Positions 46,931 to 57,538 of a stretch of 64,000 nt of DNA are shown piece by piece. The translations under genes were made by a program, and so were the position numbers. The stretch's first letter is position 1. Each line of letters opens with the position of its first letter. The stretch comes from Tetramitus jugosus (taxonomy: Eukaryota > Protista > Heterolobosea): NCBI GenBank assembly GCA_937625935.1, contig OW569379.1:1-64000 (forward strand), read 5' to 3'. The notes under the pieces were generated by a model. The model was not told the origin of the DNA. It saw only the letters and a program-made list of their open reading frames with translations, and did no database searches.

Positions 46931-47059
46931 TCAAGGTAAAGTGAAACTAACTGACAGAAAGAGCTGCTTATTTAACAATACAAGTGCACCTCACTGCACT
47001 GTACAATGTACAACACACCACAACGAAGAGATATATAAATACTTTATATGTCAATCAAA

Positions 47060-47711
47060 TTACACCCATGATAGATTAAATATGACACTCCCGTTAGCAT
47101 CTATCTGAAGACGTGCTCTTCTTTTTGTATTACAATCAATTGATCAAAAAACACAATTCTTTTTTTATTCAACCAATCGCTCACCACGCCACAATTTCCT
47201 ATCATGTCGACAAGCAACACAATACACAAAGATCATTGTTTGATAGATTGGTTAGTAACCACCGCACTTAAAGAATTGTAACGCGAACACCGCGCGAAAA
47301 AATATCATCTCCGACGACATCGTGGAAATTTTACAAAAAAAAAGAAAAAACTTACTTTCTGGCAGCAGAGAGAGCTTCGTCACTCACAGTCTCCATATAT
47401 TCAGTTACAAGTGGTCCACAGTGTCGCTTAGCATCCATACCGTGCTTTTGGAAGCACTCATCCAATTGAGATTGCATATATTTGATTTGTGAACAGTAAA
47501 CGGCCCATTCCTTTGTCATCCACTCCTTAAATTCAAGATATTGAGCAGGAGATTCGCATTGACCACGTGGGCAAGGGGCAATCGTTGGATTCAATCTCAG
47601 TCTTCTTGGTCTATCAACTGTTTTGTATCGTCCTTCGGCCAAAAATTCGTAATTGTCAACCTTTTGTTCGTACAGTTCATCGTCTGCGTGCTTTGTAGCG
47701 ACTGCGCCCAT
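47060..47711 (-). CDS. NDUFB10: Complex I accessory subunit NDUFB10/PDSW-like. Ends at 47352 unless the possible intron 47121-47355 is spliced
   Basis: E..E..TKEW......KY....L.EC....G.D....C..LV.EY pattern with CX11C spacing. The stop codon overlaps a GTAAGT donor. Confidence 0.7.
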
Positions 47712-47995
47712 TTTTATTTGTTGATTATTGGTGTTTGTTCGAAATTGTTGTTTTTGCTTGTGGCGGAGAAGTCCAAATGGTGCAGAATGATGATTGTGTG
47801 CGTTTTTTGCTACTGCAAGTCGGGATAATCATTGACGGAAGGTTGACCTCTAATCTCCGCTTTTTTGGGCGCGGAGAACAACAAACAAAAACGTGTGAAA
47901 GAAGGAAGGTAGTTACTCGCTGTGCATTTTTTGTTATCAACACCAGGTTCAAACAAGCAAAATTTAGTCCAACAAGAATACATTGAAGAACAAGA

Positions 47996-49123
47996 ATGTC
48001 TCTCTTTACCAAAAAATCAACAACACAACTGTCCAAATCGATTTGGATGATGCATCAACAAGCATGTGGACGGATTCACTTCCCTCGTCAACATCAATGG
48101 TCAAACATGACAAGATTCATGAACTCAACACCATGCACAACTTCTTTTCAAGTACGATCCATGGCCAAGAGAGTCACAAAAGACGAAATTTCATCCAAAT
48201 CGTTCTCTCAACATGAACAACAGGAGAATGAACTTGAGATACAACGACAATTAAAGTACATTCATGATTATCAACAGGAAATTCAAGAGAGTGATCAACA
48301 GTTGAAATCTGCCATTCGAAAGAGTACGTTGAGTGGTCTGAGTGAAGCTGATGTTGGTAGTGTTCATGAACAAGAAGAGAAACAACAACAACAACAACAA
48401 CAGTACTATATTTTGAATAGTGATGAGTATGATGAATTCGGATTGGACGACATACAGTTTAGTGATGAAGTGAGACGATATATTGAAATGGAAAATGAAC
48501 AACATGCGATAGGAGCCAAAAAGTATTCGGATGCTGCCATGACAGCTGCCACAAATGCAATCACCAATCCATCTAGCAGTAGTATCGCGCAAGAGGATGA
48601 AGAAGTTGTGATTCATTCACCAGTAAGAGGTACAATGATTTTGGACAAGAAGGTGCGACCTCCAACACTGGAGGACTATGTCGAGTTGTTGCAACGCGAT
48701 TTGGCACAGGACATGGTTGTTATGAATCTGAGAACCAAATGCACATTTGCCAGTTATTGCATCTTTGTGACAGGAACTAGTTTTAGACACATGAGAATGA
48801 TGGCGAATCACGTGTTGAAAATGTTGAAAGATCGGCGCATGTTCCACTTGAGGCCATGCATCGAAGGAGAAGAATGTGAAGATTGGATGTTGATTGACGG
48901 TGGTGACATTTATGTACAAATCTTTTCTGCCAGTGGTCGTGTGTATTATGACCTGGAGCGTAAGTGGGCATTCCAAAAGGTGGAACAGTTCGAACCTACA
49001 GTTGCTGGTACTCTCAAAAATCAAGAATCAGTAAGTGGAACAACAGCTGATGCTGGTGGCACATACTCATTCACACTTACAACGAAACCACAACCTGGTG
49101 AGATCACAGCAGAGGATGAATAA
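47996..49123 (+). CDS. MALSU1: Mitochondrial ribosome silencing factor (RsfS/Iojap family)
   Basis: FASYCIFVTGTSFRHM, IEG...DWMLIDGGDIYVQIF and RVYYDLERKW motifs. N-terminal presequence-like region. Confidence 0.9.
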   Translation: MSLFTKKSTTQLSKSIWMMHQQACGRIHFPRQHQWSNMTRFMNSTPCTTSFQVRSMAKRVTKDEISSKSFSQHEQQENELEIQRQLKYIHDYQQEIQESDQQLKSAIRKSTLSGLSEADVGSVHEQEEKQQQQQQQYYILNSDEYDEFGLDDIQFSDEVRRYIEMENEQHAIGAKKYSDAAMTAATNAITNPSSSSIAQEDEEVVIHSPVRGTMILDKKVRPPTLEDYVELLQRDLAQDMVVMNLRTKCTFASYCIFVTGTSFRHMRMMANHVLKMLKDRRMFHLRPCIEGEECEDWMLIDGGDIYVQIFSASGRVYYDLERKWAFQKVEQFEPTVAGTLKNQESVSGTTADAGGTYSFTLTTKPQPGEITAEDE

Positions 49124-49316
49124 AGCAGCACCAAAGTTAGTTCAAACAACATTTCACATTTTTTCATTCATTTCCCGCTCTTTCTCCGACATGTTCAAGC
49201 ATGCACTCACCATTGTAACGCGCCACCTGGTTGACCAAATTTTTTCAACATGAAAAACTCGAAATTGAAAAAAAACAAACAAACCCAACGTCACAACATA
49301 ATCACACAAATTCAAA

Positions 49317-49716
49317 ATGGTATGTTATTATAATGATAAAATGAAGTTTCGGTCAAACCAAGTGCAAAGACAAATGAAACTTTCTCCTTACCTTGACAAA
49401 ACATCTTATTGACCCTCAAATGTTTTCATGATTTTAGTCCAGAAGAACCAAGAAGGTCGGAATTGTCGGAAAGTACGGTACTAGATATGGTGCTAACTTG
49501 AGAAAGAGAGTCAAGAAGTACGAAACCTCCAAGAAGTCAAAGCACTTCTGCCACTTCTGTGGTAAATACGCTTTCAAGAGACAAGCTGTCGGTGTCTGGA
49601 ACTGCTCATCCTGCGGAAAGACTGCTGCTGGTGGCGCATGGACCCTCCACACCTCTGCTGGTACCACTGTTAGATCAACCATCAGACGTTTGAGAGAAAT
49701 GCAAGATGTTGCATAA
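49317..49716 (+). CDS. RPL37A: 60S ribosomal protein eL43. ATG-only first exon, intron 49320-49437
   Basis: M|[19 protein letters not shown]...CHFCGK...[10 protein letters not shown]...AGGAW. Confidence 0.97.
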
Positions 49717-49832
49717 ATTTGTCTTCCATTTTTTTGAGATTGTTCTGTCTTCTCCTTTTTATTGCATGTTTGATTTTTTGCAGATAATTTGTGCTCTGAT
49801 TGTTTGCCGTTCTTTTGAATGACGCAATGTTT

Positions 49833-50396
49833 TTACTCCTTGGATAGAATGTGAGCAAAGTCTTCGTAGCGTATGACGTGACTCTCTGGGTCTTCTGCTG
49901 CGTGGATGAACTCTTTGATTTCCTCGGGATCAAATATCTCTCCATGCTGTTCGAGCAAGTGCACGAGCTTGTCTGTTTCGATGTAGCCCGTCTTCTCTGG
50001 ATCCAACACTTCGAAAGCTCTCAATATGGTGTCTTCATCATCTCGAGTCATCATTTCATCTCCCAACGTGTTCGTAATCAGAATCTTGAGCATCACATTC
50101 TCAAATTTTTCGTAAGTAACAAAATCTTTTCCTTCCATATCTTCCTGTATTCTCTTGATTTGACTCTTTGTTGGATTCAGATTCAAGTATCGCAAGCAAG
50201 TACCCAGGTCACTGTTTCATGACAAAAGGAAAGTTAGAATAACTGAAATAATGACAGAACAGAGTTTTGACTGGATAACTTACTCGGAACTAATGATCCC
50301 ATCGGTTTCGAACAGGTCGAAAGCTTCTTTGATTCTTCTGACTTGTTCTTCATACTTGTCCAGGCTCGATTGTTGATTCTGGTACATAATATTCAT
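49833..50396 (-). CDS. EFCAB2: EF-hand protein, dynein regulatory complex subunit 8-like. 2 exons, intron 50212-50283
   Basis: IKEAFDLF...DLGTCLRYLNLNPT...VTYEKFENVM...EDTILRAFEVLDPEKTGYI...GEIF..EEI. GTAAGT..AACAG splice. Confidence 0.8.
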
Positions 50397-50639
50397 TGTG
50401 AATAGTGTTATACTCAGCTATCCTTCAAATAGAGCTTCCTGTGGTAGATTGATTTCTTATCGGCTGGGGAAAAAGTTATCGTAAAGAAAACACTGGTGCC
50501 GCTCCCGAAAAGGCATTCCCAACAATTTTCCGGACACATCATCGTAATTCCGATCTCTTGAAGAGTTTTCGCTAGTTTCTAGCGCGGGTTCTTGTGTTCT
50601 GTGCAAGAACAAAAGACTCCTTCAGTGAAATCATCAAAA

Positions 50640-51941
50640 ATGGAGCTTCCAAAGTCAAGGTTCACTCTCCTGTTGAGTGTGTTGTGGTGTTTCATCGTCT
50701 GGAGTTCCATGGTTGTCAGCAACGACAATGAAGACAAGGGTAGCAAGTGGAAGAGTACTGTTTTTGTACAAGGTTGTTCCATGACTGATATTTAAGTGAA
50801 GCACTTGTCTGGTCCAGCATTGTTCGATGCTAATGTGAGTCGTTTCAATGCAGAGGACATGGAAGAACACTTTACAACCAAAGTGATCAAGTTTGGAGAG
50901 AACACAAAGAACACATTCTCCTGTGTCGATGCAAGAAATAACTTTCATGTTTTTGGTACCACTGGTGGAGATTTTGCAGAGTTTGCAGCTGCCTTGCAAG
51001 TCTATGTGAACATGACGGGTATGGAGCCAACAGATGAGAACATTAAGCCACTCTTTGTTCGTTTCTTGAAGGATCATTGCTCATTCGCTCGACCATTCTA
51101 CTACCATACGGATGAGAGCAAGTTAAACAAGCTCTTTATTGACTTGGAGAAGAGACTTGGTCGTCGGCCGTCGATCTTCCCTTGGGATGAACCAGAAAAC
51201 ACCACGGATATTAATATTTGGATGGAAGAGTTTGTGAAGCCAGAGCACCAGGGATGCGGTCATGTTCGCCTCTTGTTAGGTATGCCCCATGCGTACGGAT
51301 TCCCTGACAATAGACTTGTTCAGAGATTGCTTCGAGTCTTGGTGCGACATTGGTGGAGCTTGCCCGATGAGCAAAAGGGTATCATTGACTTTGCAACGAA
51401 GCTTGGATACTTGACGGGAAAGGCTGTTGCAATCATTAACACTAATAGCACGAGTGAAAAGTGCATGAAGTCTTCTCCAATGGTGATCCCTAATGTACGT
51501 GGATCAACATCCTTCATCTATCACAAGACTGCAATCACAGATTTCAGACGAGTGGTACTCGCACCATTCTTTGCTGCAAGGAACAAAAAGAAGATCAAGT
51601 CATCACAAGTATTCTTTGAGAAGTTGAACCCGCTCGCTGAGAGTCATTTAAGTGTGACTCTTGGACCCAATGGTCTCCAGCCAGCGAATCAAGTGGATAT
51701 TTTTGAGGTCAATGTTGGTTATGTACCACAACCTTCGAAACCAAAAACATTGAATGGTTTCCAGATTGGCGTCATTGTATTGTCAGTGACGATGGTAGTG
51801 TTACTCATCATTGTTGCGATTGTATTTGTATTCAGGTCAGGTGTTGTAAAGAACATGTTGTGGTGCTTTGTAGAAACCCCTCAAAAGGCTTCTTCTAGCA
51901 TGATCAACAACCCAGCCATGACACGCTCGCTATTGAACTAA
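50640..51941 (+). CDS. Type I membrane protein with putative zeta/beta-like carbonic anhydrase ectodomain. Probable 42-nt intron 50755-50796
   Basis: Signal peptide; CVDAR, GGD, HTD and GCGH motifs; C-terminal TM. The GTACTG..TTAAG splice joins the signal exon in frame. Confidence 0.7.
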
Positions 51942-51999
51942 CCGAAGTAGAATAAACACACAAACACTTAACTATTCACCAAGAACAAGACTTAGTAAT

Positions 52000-52584
52000 T
52001 TATTCTCTCGTCAGTCGAGTAATCAATTCTGATATGTCATTAGGACATGATTCATTGTCCGAGCTCCACTCTGTCTTCAACAAATCAGCGCTTTTGGCCA
52101 TCTCAAACGACTGAAACATGAATCCAGGACTCACGGTGCAGCCACACAATGCAAAGCTCTTCTCTGAAGATGACTCTGTTCCGACTTCATTTTGTCTTTC
52201 GACCTGAGGAGCTATCAATTCAGCAGCAAACCAAGATTCAGCAGGAATTACACATTGGAACTGAGAGTTCTCACTGAATTTGCCCACCACATGTCTCTTG
52301 TAGAGCTTTGTAGCTGGGTTAAGCTCATGGACAATTAAGTCAACATTTCCATCGTAATAGTGCCACATTTCATCAGAGTCAATCTTGTGAAATGCACTAA
52401 AATCCTTACCAGTCAGCAGATAATAGATACCAGTGCTAATGGGTCTCTCTGTCGGGATATTTGTCGCGGAATTGGTTTTAGGCGCGAAAGGATAGGCCAG
52501 AGGAGCATTGTAATTCACAGAGTAAAAACCACCTTCAGGGTGATCGGAGAGTTGATACTTTTTCTTATAGAATTCAGCTGACAT
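52000..52584 (-). CDS. Cupin DUF985 (Cupin_5) family protein
   Basis: HPEGGFY, STGIYYLL, SAFHKIDSDEMWHYY, WFAAE and GCTVSPGF motifs. Confidence 0.92.
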   Translation of the reverse strand: MSAEFYKKKYQLSDHPEGGFYSVNYNAPLAYPFAPKTNSATNIPTERPISTGIYYLLTGKDFSAFHKIDSDEMWHYYDGNVDLIVHELNPATKLYKRHVVGKFSENSQFQCVIPAESWFAAELIAPQVERQNEVGTESSSEKSFALCGCTVSPGFMFQSFEMAKSADLLKTEWSSDNESCPNDISELITRLTRE

Positions 52585-52880
52585 TCTTTTTTACCAGTGT
52601 TTTGTTTGTCTTTTGTTTGTGTGTGAACAACAATGCAAATACTCTCTGAGATTCGCTTGAAACAAAACACCACGAACGACTTGGTAAAAAAACTCATCAT
52701 GTGAATTCTCCCGAAATTTAGTTCAACGAATTTTCATTGAACGACGAACTGCACACAAAGAACTACAAACTTGATCTGTAATTTGGAACAAATATTTTGT
52801 CACACGGATCAGATTGAATTCAAGTGCGAAAGAAAAAAACAAATCCAAAAGCACAAAACTCTCGCATTTAATAAAGAAAC

Positions 52881-54824
52881 ATGTCCCTCCTTGTGAATAA
52901 AGGATTTTCCTTCCATATACCTGTTGATCCAAGATCCTCCTCCACTCAAGGTCATGACTCTTCGGAAAACAAGGAACAGCAAACATCCAAGACAAAAGTA
53001 GCAACTTCTCCATCTACTGCAGTTCGAATCTGTAACGGATTTTCAATCGGGAACAAAAAGATGCATTACCTCATTTACCCTATTGTTGCGTCGAGCTTCA
53101 CTGGACAAACGGCCATTGATTCGACTTGTAATCGCATTGCATTTGACCTCGGTTCTTACTTGAGAGGTTCAATGGACGCAGTGAAAGATCGTTCAAAGAA
53201 ATCAACAAAGGATGCTTCTGTTACGGATGATCAAACAGGACACAAGTACTGTAAGCAAGTGTTTTTGACAGATCCGTCCAATCCGAGTACAATCTGTGGA
53301 ATTCCGTTGCTCGTCTACAAGAAGGTGCAAAAAAGTTTGAATCGTGGTGATAAGGGCAAGAAGAGTGATAAGGGTTCAGGAGAGACAAAGATTTATGTTC
53401 GTGAGAGCTTTAAGCCAATGATTGATCAGATGATTCAGAGCTATGTGAATATTTACAAGTCTGAACGAAGAAACGCGCCTACAAAGAATACAAATGTCAA
53501 TATTGTTGTTGTGGGTGTCAAACCTGGTGATAAGATTCCGTTGCAGTGTGTGAAGACACAGACTGATACGTCGTCATCCTATGTTCAAGTGTTCTCAATG
53601 GACAACAATGTAGATGATTCCAAGTTATCGTACAGTATCATCCACGAAAAGAAAAAGATGAAGGCTAGTTATGCATCTCAATTCCAAGCTGTTGCTAGGG
53701 ATCGAGTAAAACGAGAAGAGTTCTTGAAAGAAAATGCAGACGAGTGTTATGAGGTTACACGTCAATATGAAATGAGTGTGTGCTCCACTAGTCCTTCTTA
53801 TCCTTTGAGTTCGGAGGCAGTGAAACAAAATGAGTGTCTCAGTAGTTGCTCAATCTTGTTCACGAATTGCCCCGAGTCGATTCAGGAAGTGTTGAGCTAT
53901 GAGCGTTTGCACGAATCTTCGAATAAGGAGTTTATTAGTTTTGCAGAGGCCCTAGAGCATTTCAATGGCGACCATATTTGTTTGTATCAGGTGCCAGATA
54001 GTCTTGCGGAGATGGGATATTGCGATATAGAGGTTTACTTGAAGCCTAGAATCCCAAAACAGCACCAACACAAACTCATTATCGTTCCATATAGAGATAG
54101 GGAACACTCCATTGAATGTACATCTGAAGAAGCATCATACACAAAGGATATAGACAAGAGCTATACTGATATCGAAATTGAATTGTTTGATGAAGAAAAG
54201 TATGAATTAAAGGAGTATGTCGGTTTCATCGGATCGAGGAAGGAGGGAAAGATTGCCGAGTTGAAGAAAAAGTATCCGAATGGATTTGAACTCGCATACA
54301 TTCTTCCTACGAGTGCCTATAAGGAATTGACAGGCCAGGCGACAGGTGATGACAAGCCAAATACTACTACAGACTTCACAAAGGAAGAGCAAAATAGAGT
54401 GATCATCTCTCGTCGCTCTGCTCTTCGATTGTATGAAGATGGATACATGCAATTCTTTGAACAAAATCCAGCTGTTGCAGATTGGTTAGTCAATACGGCC
54501 TGTGATGTCTATGATACCGAACCAGAGAATGTTCTTAGTGGATACGATTATGATAAGCAATCTGATACTAAGCCTACTCATCTCCAAGATATTTCTGTCA
54601 GACGATCACTCAGGAGACTGAATAGAGAGTTTGAAGGTAAGCGACTCGTTCAAGTTAGGGGATTCAGATCAGAGGCTTATGTTTTGAATCCTGGTCAAGT
54701 TGCTTTCCATCGCCCTGAGTGGGTCTGTAAACCAGAGTATCATTTGGATTTTATGATTCCTGGCTCTATTGAGAGTTTCTGGCAGAGCAACAAGGTGTTG
54801 GTGGTGAAGCGAGAACAACAATAA
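52881..54824 (+). CDS. Uncharacterised 647-aa protein with compact, motif-rich C-terminal domain
   Basis: Long intronless ORF. The C-terminal 200 aa or so carry LYEDGY, DWL, DVYD, HLQD, NPG, FH and ESFWQSNK. Confidence 0.8.
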   Translation: MSLLVNKGFSFHIPVDPRSSSTQGHDSSENKEQQTSKTKVATSPSTAVRICNGFSIGNKKMHYLIYPIVASSFTGQTAIDSTCNRIAFDLGSYLRGSMDAVKDRSKKSTKDASVTDDQTGHKYCKQVFLTDPSNPSTICGIPLLVYKKVQKSLNRGDKGKKSDKGSGETKIYVRESFKPMIDQMIQSYVNIYKSERRNAPTKNTNVNIVVVGVKPGDKIPLQCVKTQTDTSSSYVQVFSMDNNVDDSKLSYSIIHEKKKMKASYASQFQAVARDRVKREEFLKENADECYEVTRQYEMSVCSTSPSYPLSSEAVKQNECLSSCSILFTNCPESIQEVLSYERLHESSNKEFISFAEALEHFNGDHICLYQVPDSLAEMGYCDIEVYLKPRIPKQHQHKLIIVPYRDREHSIECTSEEASYTKDIDKSYTDIEIELFDEEKYELKEYVGFIGSRKEGKIAELKKKYPNGFELAYILPTSAYKELTGQATGDDKPNTTTDFTKEEQNRVIISRRSALRLYEDGYMQFFEQNPAVADWLVNTACDVYDTEPENVLSGYDYDKQSDTKPTHLQDISVRRSLRRLNREFEGKRLVQVRGFRSEAYVLNPGQVAFHRPEWVCKPEYHLDFMIPGSIESFWQSNKVLVVKREQQ

Positions 54825-54989
54825 AACCTTTTAATCAGAAACCGTATGTACCAGTTGTTACTTTTGAAACTTCTGAATCCAGGTTCAAAGATCAACTCAT
54901 TTAGCCTAGACCCAATGATTATCTCTCAACAACATTGTTTATTCATTGTAAGAGAAGGAGCATAAAAAGTTATCGTACAAGGACATGTT

Positions 54990-57191
54990 TTAGTTTGAGT
55001 TAGGGTTGTCAATACTTGGCATTCCAACTCGACGAAGGGTGTTGCCAACATAATCCATGTTCGACAAACCAATAGGAGACATGAGCAGGAAGTCGGGGAT
55101 ATTGAATGAATCAATAATGGCAGGCACAAATGGATCAAGTTCGCCAAAGAGTTTTGGCAAGAGTTGTTCAAATGCGACTGCTTTTGCTGGCTTGATGTAT
55201 CCTCTGCTGCAATAGAATCCAAGGTCTTGAACAATGTTGTGAATGGCATAAATCTGACACAATAATTGCCACACCTTCTTCACTTGACTATCAGAACAGT
55301 TCTCGATTTGATCAACAAATCGATTCAACATACTCACATGCACATATGCTTTGGCCAATTCGAGCAATGGAACAAGGGCAGCGTTCCATGCGTCAGTGGG
55401 ATCTGGATACTGTCTTTTGTTCGCCATTAGTTTCTTTGTTGCTTCATGCAATAGCTCACTAGAACGAGCAGCAAATAATTGACGGAGGTACTCTGTGTCT
55501 CTCAAGTGGCTCTCTGCCGTATTTCTAACAATAACCGGATTCTTTTCAATAAGAGCTGTCTTGGTTCGGTCGAACATGAAATGGAGAGCAGTGGTGACTT
55601 GGTTGGATCCTGCGTACTTGGACTTGTATTCCATGACAAGGTATCGGGCTAATTGTTGATAGAGAACAGTAGAGTCTCCCTCTGCAGTACAAAACACATC
55701 CATATCGTTCATATATCTACCGATACGATTGTTCTCAGAGTATCCATGACCACCACACATGGGTCTCAGAGTCAACAATGCATGAGGCACAAACTCAGCC
55801 ACATAGGCCTTGATTCCCGAAATGATACCATGGAAATAGGCCATATCTTTCTCCTTTAGGTCAGCATACTGATTGGCCAATGAGATATATGATGCACTGA
55901 ACACGTGAGTCATTGCCAACAGAGGCATAATCTTGTTCTTGTGTGTTGGATAGCTCCAGATTAAGTTTTCTTGCGGTTGTTTTGGTGATCCGAACTGTCT
56001 TCGTTGCATTGCATATCGAGTAGCTACAGTGAGGCCTAATTCTAATGATTTAGTTGGTCCCATAATGTACAACAAACGACCAAACATGAGCGCACTCAAC
56101 GTCTCTGCAAATCTCTTTCCCTCGCTTGCAATTGGAGAGGAATAATTGCCACTCTCATCGACCTCAGCATACTTGTTCAACAAGTTCTCTCTGGGTACGC
56201 GAACTCTGTCGAATCGAAGACAGCCATTCGGAACGGCTTGCCATCCCTGCTTTACGCCACAGTCACGAATAGTGAGGCCATCAGTGATTGCACCAGTGTC
56301 TGGATCACGCAACGGACACACAATGGCATGCACACCATGACACTTGTTCTGAGTGTACAATTGAGCAAAAACAACAGTGTGGGTTCCATGTGCAGCCGAG
56401 TTACCAATCCAAAACTTCATTGATTGATCATTTGGTGTCTCAATAATGAACTCTTGGGACTTTGGGTCATAGGTGGCCTTGGTTCCAATACCTCTGACAT
56501 TGCTTCCATGACCAACTTCAGTCATGGAGAACGAACCGATATTTCGACCAATATTTGCATCTGGATACAAATATTCGTGTCTCTTGGAACCAAGCTTGTA
56601 CAAACAGCAACCATAGAGCTGATAATGCACCACAGTCATTGCAATAAACGACACATCATAGGTCATCAGTGCCTCCAGAGCACCCAGAAAAGACCACAGT
56701 TCAGTATTGACTCTCTCAATGGACAAGAGACCCGTTTTTGCAAATTGAACAAACTGCTTGTATATTTGCTCACGATATTCCGACGTGCTCCAACTCAAAT
56801 CAATCCTGTAAATGTCTTTTGCCAATTCGCGCCAAGTATTTTCTCTCATACGAATCGCGTTCTTGTCAAATTGACCTCTTTCCTTTTCTCGCAAGAGTCG
56901 CGAGGCCAATGAACCAGGTGAATCACTATGGAAAGCTTTCAGTTCACTCAGGGATTGAGTGTTGGGAATGGTGTCTTTGATGACACTGTAGGGAAAAATG
57001 GAAGCATAATTGGGATTGAGACTATTCACATGATTGGACATAAAAGCTTGAGAGGCATCACATGTTTGGACTTGAATGAGACTGTCAGTTCTTGTTTGTG
57101 GCACTTGAAAAGTAGGAGTCAATTGATTTTGGAGAATTTTGAGACGTTCAGCAGCACGATCTTCATGTGATGGGATGGTATGAGATCTCAT
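54990..57191 (-). CDS. ACOX: Peroxisomal acyl-CoA oxidase with PTS2
   Basis: SMTEVGHGSNVRGIGT.ATYD, KFWIGN, RYAMQRRQFG, CGGHGY and TAEGD motifs. N-terminal RLKILQNQL (RL-X5-QL). Confidence 0.94.
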   Translation of the reverse strand: MRSHTIPSHEDRAAERLKILQNQLTPTFQVPQTRTDSLIQVQTCDASQAFMSNHVNSLNPNYASIFPYSVIKDTIPNTQSLSELKAFHSDSPGSLASRLLREKERGQFDKNAIRMRENTWRELAKDIYRIDLSWSTSEYREQIYKQFVQFAKTGLLSIERVNTELWSFLGALEALMTYDVSFIAMTVVHYQLYGCCLYKLGSKRHEYLYPDANIGRNIGSFSMTEVGHGSNVRGIGTKATYDPKSQEFIIETPNDQSMKFWIGNSAAHGTHTVVFAQLYTQNKCHGVHAIVCPLRDPDTGAITDGLTIRDCGVKQGWQAVPNGCLRFDRVRVPRENLLNKYAEVDESGNYSSPIASEGKRFAETLSALMFGRLLYIMGPTKSLELGLTVATRYAMQRRQFGSPKQPQENLIWSYPTHKNKIMPLLAMTHVFSASYISLANQYADLKEKDMAYFHGIISGIKAYVAEFVPHALLTLRPMCGGHGYSENNRIGRYMNDMDVFCTAEGDSTVLYQQLARYLVMEYKSKYAGSNQVTTALHFMFDRTKTALIEKNPVIVRNTAESHLRDTEYLRQLFAARSSELLHEATKKLMANKRQYPDPTDAWNAALVPLLELAKAYVHVSMLNRFVDQIENCSDSQVKKVWQLLCQIYAIHNIVQDLGFYCSRGYIKPAKAVAFEQLLPKLFGELDPFVPAIIDSFNIPDFLLMSPIGLSNMDYVGNTLRRVGMPSIDNPNSN

Positions 57192-57538
57192 GATGTTTCG
57201 TACGTTCTTTTTCTTGTCAAGAGATGATTTGCTTTTTGTTCTTGCTGATCTTTGACGGAAAGCTTCCGTGCTTGGTTGGTATTTTTATGCAAGACAATTC
57301 AGATCATTCTCAATCGTCCGGAACAAAGGAAAAATGGTTGGATGGAGTTTTGCCCCAGAGTAACTCCACTTACATACAGGTTGATTGATTTTACTTCATC
57401 TGTTAACTCATACACAGTCTCCAGCTGTTTCTTGTCAAACAACCTTTAACCCATGACCCAAAGATTAGAGATCGAGTCGGCTTATCTTATTGATTCTCCG
57501 GTTCAAAGAAAAATTTACACACAAGTTCAACAAAAAAA

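Noticed and set aside
50592-50796. Stop-codon readthrough between ORF 50592-50795 and the in-frame ORF at 50796
   Set aside because: A 42-nt GT-AG intron removes the TAA in frame, which is the simpler explanation.
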